Positions 38,289 to 45,667 of a DNA stretch of 45,667 bases are shown here, in pieces (positions within the stretch are counted from its first letter, which is position 1; every line of letters begins with the position of its first letter). Origin of the DNA: an uncultured Lachnospiraceae bacterium (lineage in GTDB: Bacteria; Bacillota; Clostridia; Lachnospirales; Lachnospiraceae); assembly GCA_958426095.1 (NCBI GenBank), contig CATZYB010000001.1:1-45667 (forward strand), written 5' to 3'. The position numbers and the translations under genes were made by a program. The notes under the pieces were generated by a model, which did no database searches, was not told the DNA's origin, and worked only from the letters and a program-made list of their open reading frames with translations.

Positions 38289-38970
38289 AATACTGATTAT
38301 TGAGGACGAAGTGAGCATTGCCGAACTGGAAAAAGATTACCTTGAACTGAGCGGCTTCGAAGTAGATATGGAACACAGCGGAGATACGGGACTGGATAAG
38401 GCCCTGAAAAATGATTTTGACCTGATCATCCTGGATTTGATGCTGCCGGGGATCGATGGCTTTGAAATCTGCCGGAGGATCCGGGAACAGAAAAATATTC
38501 CGGTGCTGATGGTTTCGGCCAAAAAAGAAGATATTGATAAAATCCGGGGACTTGGAATGGGTGCGGATGATTATATCACAAAACCTTTCAGTCCGAGCGA
38601 GCTGGTAGCCCGTGTAAAAGCTCATCTGGCCAGATACGAGCGGCTGATCGGCAGCGCGGTAAAATCCAACGAAGTCATCGAGATCCGGGGCTTGAAAATT
38701 GACAAGACAGCCCGTCGGGTTTATGTGAATGGTGAAGAAAAAGCGTTTACGACAAAAGAGTTCGATCTGCTCACATTTCTTGCGGAAAATCCAAATCATG
38801 TGTTTAAGAAAGAAGAATTGTTCAATAAGATTTGGGATATGGAATCTCTGGGGGATATTGCCACAGTAACCGTACATATTAAAAAAATCCGGGAAAAAAT
38901 TGAATTTAATACATCCAAACCTCAGTATATTGAAACCATTTGGGGTGTGGGATATCGGTTTAAAGTATGA
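38281..38970 (+). CDS. OmpR-family response regulator
   Basis: LDLMLP, GADDYITKPF, ETIWGVGYRF. Confidence 0.95.
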   Translation: MSKILIIEDEVSIAELEKDYLELSGFEVDMEHSGDTGLDKALKNDFDLIILDLMLPGIDGFEICRRIREQKNIPVLMVSAKKEDIDKIRGLGMGADDYITKPFSPSELVARVKAHLARYERLIGSAVKSNEVIEIRGLKIDKTARRVYVNGEEKAFTTKEFDLLTFLAENPNHVFKKEELFNKIWDMESLGDIATVTVHIKKIREKIEFNTSKPQYIETIWGVGYRFKV

Positions 38971-39680
38971 TAGATGTAAAGATTTTATATGAAGATGAAG
39001 AGATCATTGTTTGCGTGAAGCCGACGGGAATGGCGTCCCAGCCGGAGCGTTCATCATCGATGGACCTGGCGAGCTGGCTGAAAAATCATCTGGCAGCGGA
39101 GAGATCAAACGGCGTACCTTACATTGGCGTTGTCCATCGCCTGGACCGGCCGGTAGGCGGCGTGATGGTCTATGCAAAAAATCCGAAAGCGGCCGGCGAA
39201 CTGAGCCGTCAGTTTTCCGGCCGACGGACAGAGAAAAATTATCTGGCTTTGTTGACGGGAAGACTTCCGGAAAGGTCTGGAACACTAACAGACCTTTTGC
39301 AGAAGGACGGAAGGACAAATACCTCTTCGGTGGTGGAAAAAGGCGGGAAAGAAGCAAGTCTTACCTATCGGGAACTGGAAGAAAAGCGGGGACTTTCTCT
39401 GGTTGAAATTAAGCTTCAGACAGGCCGTCATCATCAGATACGGGTCCAGACAGCCCATGCCGGAGCCGGAATTTATGGAGATATGAAATATAATTCAGAA
39501 TGTACAAAAAACTGGAATGAAAAGGAAGGCATAGGGTCCGGAAATCCGGAATTATGTCTTTTTTCCTGTCGGTTGACCTTTAACCATCCGGTCAGTCGTC
39601 AAAGAATGTGTTTCAAAGTTCTTCCGGAACAGAAGATGATGACTATTGACGAATGGCCGAGTTTATCTTACTATAAATAA
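38967..39680 (+). CDS. RluA-family pseudouridine synthase
   Basis: [10 protein letters not shown] and TGRHHQIRV. Confidence 0.92.
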   Translation: MIDVKILYEDEEIIVCVKPTGMASQPERSSSMDLASWLKNHLAAERSNGVPYIGVVHRLDRPVGGVMVYAKNPKAAGELSRQFSGRRTEKNYLALLTGRLPERSGTLTDLLQKDGRTNTSSVVEKGGKEASLTYRELEEKRGLSLVEIKLQTGRHHQIRVQTAHAGAGIYGDMKYNSECTKNWNEKEGIGSGNPELCLFSCRLTFNHPVSRQRMCFKVLPEQKMMTIDEWPSLSYYK

Positions 39681-39700
39681 AGAAAATAAAAGGAGATTTA

Positions 39701-41137
39701 ATGATGGCGAAGGAAAAGAAATTAGTTGAGGCAATTACTTCGATGGAAGAAGATTTTGCACAATGGTATACAGACGTAGTGAAAAAAGCTGAGCTGGTAG
39801 ATTATGCCAGCGTCAAAGGCTGCATGGTGATCAAACCGGCCGGGTATGCAATCTGGGAGAATATCCAGAAAGAACTGGATGCCCGCTTCAAAGCGACCGG
39901 TGTGGAAAATGTATATATGCCTCTGTTTATCCCGGAAAGCCTGTTGGAAAAAGAGAAAGACCATGTCGAGGGATTTGCACCGGAAGTAGCATGGGTAACC
40001 CACGGGGGCCTGGAACCGCTTCAGGAACGGTTATGTGTCCGTCCGACATCCGAGACACTGTTCTGTGATTTTTATGCCAGAGATATCCAGTCTCACAGAG
40101 ACTTGCCGAAGTTATATAACCAGTGGTGTTCCGTTGTAAGATGGGAAAAAACAACCCGCCCTTTCCTGCGCTCCAGAGAATTTTTATGGCAGGAAGGTCA
40201 CACGGCCCATGCAACAGCCGAAGAGGCCGAAGAGAGAACCATTCAGATGCTGAACCTCTATGCAGATTTTTGTGAAGAAGTGCTGGCCATGCCGGTTATC
40301 CGGGGGCGTAAAACCGATAAAGAAAAATTTGCAGGTGCAGAGGCAACTTACACGATCGAGGCGCTGATGCATGACGGCAAAGCGCTTCAGTCCGGTACAA
40401 GCCATAACTTTGGCGACGGCTTTGCAAAAGCTTTTGGTATCCAATACGCCAATAAAGATAATAAGCTGGAATATGTACATCAGACATCCTGGGGTATGAC
40501 GACCCGTCTGATCGGCGCTATTATCATGGTTCATGGCGATGATTCCGGTCTGGTACTTCCTCCAAAAATCGCACCGACCCAGGTCATGGTTATTCCGATC
40601 CAGCAGAAGAAGGCAGGCGTTCTTGATAAAGCCTATGAGATAAAAGATATGCTGAAGGATTTCCGGACAAAAGTGGACGATTCGGATAAGAGTCCGGGAT
40701 GGAAGTTCTCTGAGGCAGAAATGAGGGGAATTCCGGTGCGTATCGAAATCGGACCGAAGGATATCGAATCAGGACAGGCGGTTATTGTACGCCGTGATAA
40801 CCGCGAGAAACAGGTCGTTTCTATGGCCGAACTGGCAGAAAAGGTGGCAGAAACTCTGGACAAAATGCAGCAAGATATGCTGGAGAGAGCCAGAGCGCAC
40901 AGAGATGCACACACCTATGAAGTGACCGATTTTGAAACCTTCAAGGATACGATCGAGAATAAACCAGGCTTTGTCAAAGCTATGTGGTGCGGAGACGAAG
41001 AATGTGAAAATATGATTAAAGAAGTGACCGGAGCAACATCCCGCTGCATGCCGTTTGCACAGGAACATTTGGCGGATACATGTATCTGCTGCGGAAAGCC
41101 TGCAAAAGCAATGGTATATTGGGGAAAAGCATATTAA
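39701..41137 (+). CDS. proS: Proline-tRNA ligase (archaeal/eukaryotic type)
   Basis: [17 protein letters not shown]-terminal KAY. Confidence 0.96.
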   Translation: MMAKEKKLVEAITSMEEDFAQWYTDVVKKAELVDYASVKGCMVIKPAGYAIWENIQKELDARFKATGVENVYMPLFIPESLLEKEKDHVEGFAPEVAWVTHGGLEPLQERLCVRPTSETLFCDFYARDIQSHRDLPKLYNQWCSVVRWEKTTRPFLRSREFLWQEGHTAHATAEEAEERTIQMLNLYADFCEEVLAMPVIRGRKTDKEKFAGAEATYTIEALMHDGKALQSGTSHNFGDGFAKAFGIQYANKDNKLEYVHQTSWGMTTRLIGAIIMVHGDDSGLVLPPKIAPTQVMVIPIQQKKAGVLDKAYEIKDMLKDFRTKVDDSDKSPGWKFSEAEMRGIPVRIEIGPKDIESGQAVIVRRDNREKQVVSMAELAEKVAETLDKMQQDMLERARAHRDAHTYEVTDFETFKDTIENKPGFVKAMWCGDEECENMIKEVTGATSRCMPFAQEHLADTCICCGKPAKAMVYWGKAY

Positions 41138-41145
41138 AGAACAGG

Positions 41146-41829
41146 ATGATTTGTTTGGAAAAATCCTATGAAAAGGTAGTGGACTTCGTTCAGGATCAGA
41201 TCCTGGACGGAGTCTATAGTACGGGAGATAAACTGCCGTCCGAGAGGGAGCTGGCTCAGCAGCTGAATGTGAGCAGAACTTCTGTCCGAGAGGGTATCCG
41301 TATATTAGAACAGATGGGAGCTTTATCCTGTCAGCAGGGTTCAGGAAATTACATAACGGGTGACTTTGAGAATACATTGATCCGTGTGATGACACTGATG
41401 TTTGCCGTGGAGGGGACGCCCTATCGTGAGATCAGTGAATTCCGTTTCGCACTGGAATATCAGGCCCTGTCCCTGGCGGTGCATCATGTGACGGAAGATC
41501 AGATGGATGAAATGGAATATCACATGAGCATGTTGGAGACGGCCCAGGAAGAAAATGTCCGTTCAAAACATGACAAACGAATTCATTATTTGCTGGTGGA
41601 AGCTTCACATAACAACTATCTTATTGTTAATTTTTTAGCATTAACGCAGGTCCTGGACAAATATGTCAAAGACATGCGAGTGCGGATTCTGAGCGATGAA
41701 AAAAACCGGGAAGGTTTGATGCAGACCCACAGAGACCTGATTAAAGCTGTAAAAGAGAAGAATGTTCAGTTTGGTCAGGAAGCGCTGAACCGGCATTTTG
41801 TGTATATTTATAATTATCTGGATAGTTAA
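41146..41829 (+). CDS. GntR/FadR-family regulator (LldR-like); start approximate
   Basis: GDKLPSERELAQQLNVSRTSVREG and an FCD-like C-terminus. Confidence 0.9.
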   Translation: MICLEKSYEKVVDFVQDQILDGVYSTGDKLPSERELAQQLNVSRTSVREGIRILEQMGALSCQQGSGNYITGDFENTLIRVMTLMFAVEGTPYREISEFRFALEYQALSLAVHHVTEDQMDEMEYHMSMLETAQEENVRSKHDKRIHYLLVEASHNNYLIVNFLALTQVLDKYVKDMRVRILSDEKNREGLMQTHRDLIKAVKEKNVQFGQEALNRHFVYIYNYLDS

Positions 41830-41958
41830 GCAAATATTGACAAAAAAAAGACAAACAGTTTGTGCGAAAGAACTACAAAATTTAAAGATAACAAAATTAG
41901 AACTGTGCAATGCTTATAAAAAATACACGGGAAATACAAAGGAAAACGGTAAAAATGC

Positions 41959-42009
41959 TTGACAAATGCGCTGGCTTATTTTATGATGGTCATATAAATG
42001 GTAGGACCA
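41959..42009 (+). promoter_or_regulatory. sigmaA promoter with FadR/LldR-type operator
   Basis: TTGACA-17bp-TATGAT; TGGT-AGG-ACCA palindrome at 41999-42009. Confidence 0.75.
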
Positions 42010-42115
42010 GTATGGTACTTTTGTGTGTATTTTTAATGGTTATTGTGTACATGGTGTGCAATACAAAATATATAAAGCAAAGGGTTCTATTAAAGGATTA
42101 AGGAGGCATGATGAA

Positions 42116-43558
42116 ATGAGTGCATATGGCAAAGTAACTCCAGAAATCGTGGAGAAATTTAAAGAAATTGCACCAGGACGGGTTTATGTAGGAGAAGAAA
42201 TCAACGATGATTTCACACATGACGAGATGTCTATTTATGGTAAGGCTATGCCGGAAGCTGTTGTTGACGCTATGACAACAGAAGAAGTTGCAGCGGTTGT
42301 TAAGATCTGTTATGAAAATACTATTCCGGTAACAGCCAGAGGTGCTGGTACAGGTCTTGTTGGAGCATCTGTTCCGATCGCCGGTGGTGTTGTGATCGGT
42401 ACAACAAAGATGAATAAGATCCTTGAATATGATTTAAACAACTTCGTTGTTAAAATTCAGCCAGGTGTTCTGTTAAACGATCTTGCAGAAGACTGTGTAA
42501 GCCGTGGACTTATGTACCCACCAGATCCAGGTGAAAAATTTGCCGCTGTTGGTGGTAATGTTGCTACAAATGCAGGTGGTATGAGAGCATGTAAATATGG
42601 CGCTACAAGAGATTATGTACGCGCTATGACGGTTGTACTTTCCAATGGTGATATCGCTCATTTCGGAAGCACAGTTTCTAAAACATCTTCCGGTTACTCT
42701 CTTGTAAACCTGATGATCGGTTCCGAAGGTACTCTTGGTATCATCACAGAACTGACATTAAAAGTTATCCCGAATCCAAAGGAAGTTATCAGTTTGGTAA
42801 TGCCTTTCGAGGATTTGGCTTCCTGTATTTCTACAGTTCCGCTGTTCAAGAAAAACAATCTTGATCCGCAGGCTCTGGAATTCATGGAGAGAGCAATCGT
42901 TGAAAAATCTGAAAAATATGTCGGCAAAGCTGTATATCCAAAGAACATTGACGGCGTTGAGATTGGAGCTTATCTGCTTGTAACCTTCGATGGACGTACA
43001 ATGGAAGAATTGGAAGAGATCATGGAACAGGCTGCAGAGATCGCTCTTGAAAACGGTGCTATCGATGTTATCGTTGCTGATACTCCGCCGAAATATAAAG
43101 ATGTTTGGGCAGCAAGAAGCTCCTTCCTGGAAGCTATCAAAGCTGAAACGAACTGGAAAGACGGACTTGAGCTTCTCGATGAATGTGACGTTGTTGTTCC
43201 GCTTGACCAGATCGCACCATATGTTGAATATGTATACGCTGTTGGCGAGAAGATGGGTCTGCAGGTAGAAAGCTTCGGACATGCCGGTGACGGTAACCTT
43301 CATATCTACGTTATCGGTGATGACCAGATCAGCGTTGAAGACTTCAAAGCGAAAGCTGACGCTTTCTTTGATGATATTTATCCGGAAGCTACACGTGTTG
43401 GCGGCCTTGTATCCGGTGAACATGCTATCGGTTCCGGTAAGCTGAAATATCTTGCAGAAGCTGAAGGCGAAAGAAATATGGAACTTATGCTTGGAATTAA
43501 GAAAGTATTCGACCCTAAGATGATTCTTAACCCAGGTAAAGTTTGCTACAAACTGTAA
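42116..43558 (+). CDS. FAD-linked oxidoreductase, probable D-lactate dehydrogenase (LctD/GlcD-like)
   Basis: RGAGTGL, GGNVATNAGG, GSEGTLG, GHAGDGNLH, SGEHAIG; next to etf and GntR genes. Confidence 0.85.
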   Translation: MSAYGKVTPEIVEKFKEIAPGRVYVGEEINDDFTHDEMSIYGKAMPEAVVDAMTTEEVAAVVKICYENTIPVTARGAGTGLVGASVPIAGGVVIGTTKMNKILEYDLNNFVVKIQPGVLLNDLAEDCVSRGLMYPPDPGEKFAAVGGNVATNAGGMRACKYGATRDYVRAMTVVLSNGDIAHFGSTVSKTSSGYSLVNLMIGSEGTLGIITELTLKVIPNPKEVISLVMPFEDLASCISTVPLFKKNNLDPQALEFMERAIVEKSEKYVGKAVYPKNIDGVEIGAYLLVTFDGRTMEELEEIMEQAAEIALENGAIDVIVADTPPKYKDVWAARSSFLEAIKAETNWKDGLELLDECDVVVPLDQIAPYVEYVYAVGEKMGLQVESFGHAGDGNLHIYVIGDDQISVEDFKAKADAFFDDIYPEATRVGGLVSGEHAIGSGKLKYLAEAEGERNMELMLGIKKVFDPKMILNPGKVCYKL

Positions 43559-43630
43559 TTTATAAAATAATATTTATAAATCATTTAACATTACTTTTTA
43601 TTTATATTTTAATTAAGGAGGGCTTAAGAA

Positions 43631-44773
43631 ATGAAATTTCATTTCAGTGAAGAAGAACAGGAAATCATCTCAATGGTAGAGGATTATGCGATTAAAGAAG
43701 TTGGTCCTAGAGCACAGGAAATCGACGAAGAAGAAAGATTCCCAGTAGAAGCTCGTGAAGGATTGGCTGAAATGGGTATGATGGGTGTTTATTTCCCAGA
43801 AGAGTACGGCGGTGCTGGTATGAGCTACCTTACATACATCGGTGTAGCTGAAAAATTAGCTGAGTACTGTGCAACAACATCTATTATGATGATGGCTTCT
43901 GAATCTCTCTGTGCATGGCCAATTTTCCAGTATGGTACAGAAGAACAGAAACAGAAATTCCTTGCACCACTTTGCTCCGGTGAAAAATTAGGTGCTTTCG
44001 CTCTTACAGAGCCAAGTGCAGGAACAGATGCTGCTATGCAGAAAACTGTAGCTGCTGACAAAGGCGACCACTGGTTAATTAACGGTTCCAAGATCTTCAT
44101 TACAAACGCACAGTATGCAGATATCTTTGTTTTCTTCGCTATGACAGACAAAGAAAAAGGAACAAAAGGTATTTCCGCTTTCATCGTTGAAAAAGGAACA
44201 CCTGGATTTGAAGTTAGCGGACATGAAAAGAAAATGGGTATCCGTGGTTCTTCCACAAGTGAATTGATCTTCAACGACTGCAAGATTCCAAAGGAAAACC
44301 TGTTAGGTGAACTTGGAAAAGGCTTCAAGATCGCTATGACAACACTTGACGGCGGCCGTGTTGGTGTTGCAGCTCAGGCTGTAGGTATCGCTCAGGGCGC
44401 TATCAACGATGCATTGGCATATGTTAAAGAACGTGTACAGTTTGGAAAACCAATCTGGAAATTCCAGAATACACAGTTCCAGTTGGCTGATATGCAGGCT
44501 AAAGTTGATGCAGCTCGTCTGCTTCTCTACCGTGCAGCTCAGGCTAAACAGGATGGCGAACCATACAGCCATTTAGCAGCTATGGCTAAACTGTTCTGTG
44601 CAGAAACAGCATCTGATGTAACACGTCGTTGCGTACAGCTTGCTGGTGGATATGGATATTCTCGTGATTATCCGTTCGAACGTCATATGCGTGATGCTAA
44701 GATTACAGAAATCTACGAAGGAACAAGTGAAGTTCAGCGTATGGTAATCTCCGGATGGATGGGAAATAAATAA
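43631..44773 (+). CDS. Acyl-CoA dehydrogenase (butyryl-CoA dehydrogenase-like)
   Basis: FALTEPSAGTD, NGSKIFITN, KMGIRGS, IYEGTSEVQR. Confidence 0.93.
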   Translation: MKFHFSEEEQEIISMVEDYAIKEVGPRAQEIDEEERFPVEAREGLAEMGMMGVYFPEEYGGAGMSYLTYIGVAEKLAEYCATTSIMMMASESLCAWPIFQYGTEEQKQKFLAPLCSGEKLGAFALTEPSAGTDAAMQKTVAADKGDHWLINGSKIFITNAQYADIFVFFAMTDKEKGTKGISAFIVEKGTPGFEVSGHEKKMGIRGSSTSELIFNDCKIPKENLLGELGKGFKIAMTTLDGGRVGVAAQAVGIAQGAINDALAYVKERVQFGKPIWKFQNTQFQLADMQAKVDAARLLLYRAAQAKQDGEPYSHLAAMAKLFCAETASDVTRRCVQLAGGYGYSRDYPFERHMRDAKITEIYEGTSEVQRMVISGWMGNK

Positions 44774-44907
44774 GCATAGCTTAAATAAATCCCGGATTTC
44801 CCTGTGATATGAATTCGCTGCGGAATAATTAAAGTTTACATACGACTGGTGTGCAGAAAATCTACACACCAGTTGTGTTATTAGGAAAAGAAGGAGCGTA
44901 CAACAAA

Positions 44908-45667
44908 ATGGAAATATTAGTTTGTATTAAACAGGTGCCAGATGATTCTGTGAATATCAAAATGAATCCTGCAACTAACGCACCTGATCTTGACATTGCT
45001 ACGCCTATCGTAAACGCATTTGATACATATGCTCTCGAAATGGCTACACGTTTTAAAGAAGCTGTTGGCGACAGCACAATTACAGTTGTTTCTGTTGGCC
45101 CGGATAAAGCTAAAGATGCAATCAAAACTTGTCTTGCTGTTGGCGCAAGCAAAGGTTATATTGTTAAAGCTGACGCAACAGACACAATCAGCACAGCAGA
45201 TGCTCTTGCTAAAGCTGTTGCTAAGATTGAAGAGGCTGAAGGCGTTAAATTTGACATTATTTTCTGTGGTAAAGAATCTACTGACTGTGCATCCGGACAG
45301 GTTGGTACAATGTTAGCAGAAGATTTAGACGTTCCTGTAGTTACAAACCTGGTTGATATCGAAAAGATTGATGCAGGTATCAGTGCAAAACAGGAAACAG
45401 AAGAAGGATATAATGTTGTTGAAGTTGCTATGCCTTGTGTAGTAACCGTAACAAAACCAGAATACGAACCAAGATATCCTACCATTAAGAGCAAAATGGC
45501 TGCCAGAAAGATTCCGATTGGTGAATTGGAAATTGGCGACGTTGTTGCACCTGCTGTTACGGTTGTTGCAAATGCAGAACCTCCAAAGAAAGCTGCTGGT
45601 GTTAAAATTAACGAAGAAACACTCGAAGAGTCCATGGCTGTGGCTCTTGGAATGATGAAAGACGCTA
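44908..45667 (+). CDS. etfB: Electron transfer flavoprotein beta subunit, 3'-partial (not in ORF track)
   Basis: AAGGAG RBS; MEILVCIKQVPD...NAFDTYALE...FCGKESTD...GQVG...EPRYP; runs off the window end. Confidence 0.93.
   Translation, partial: MEILVCIKQVPDDSVNIKMNPATNAPDLDIATPIVNAFDTYALEMATRFKEAVGDSTITVVSVGPDKAKDAIKTCLAVGASKGYIVKADATDTISTADALAKAVAKIEEAEGVKFDIIFCGKESTDCASGQVGTMLAEDLDVPVVTNLVDIEKIDAGISAKQETEEGYNVVEVAMPCVVTVTKPEYEPRYPTIKSKMAARKIPIGELEIGDVVAPAVTVVANAEPPKKAAGVKINEETLEESMAVALGMMKDA

Noticed and set aside
39681..39700. T-box leader for proS
   Set aside because: The intergenic gap is only 20 bp.
41823..42062. Rex-like TTGT...ACAA boxes upstream of the dehydrogenase
   Set aside because: Spacing and arms do not fit the 18-bp Rex palindrome.
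1..45667. CRISPR array, tRNA, rRNA or IS element
   Set aside because: No regularly spaced repeats, RNA-gene signatures or transposase ORFs were noticed by eye.

Overview
Chromosomal window from a Firmicute, most likely Lachnospiraceae/Clostridiales (inferred from gene content). Bases 1-~11040 are the right end of a prophage (tail, baseplate and fibre genes, holin, endolysin, a small terminal regulatory module) that interrupts the tadA/cpaF ATPase gene of a Tad/Flp pilus locus (11041-18083). The main finding is a four-cassette tail-fibre shufflon at 5127-8866. An 11-bp core, CTAAATAGTAA (read as L-N-S-N/K), occurs four times in alternating orientation. Each copy is in frame with a different fibre C-terminus, and a tyrosine recombinase gene sits in the middle. 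The rest is mostly housekeeping: murG, mtnN, pgi, two tandem CBS-pyrophosphatases, dinB, aroK, murA, a SAM riboswitch with metK, a two-component system, proS, and the start of a GntR-regulated lactate dehydrogenase/acyl-CoA dehydrogenase/ETF cluster. All calls come from reading motifs by eye; no searches were run.
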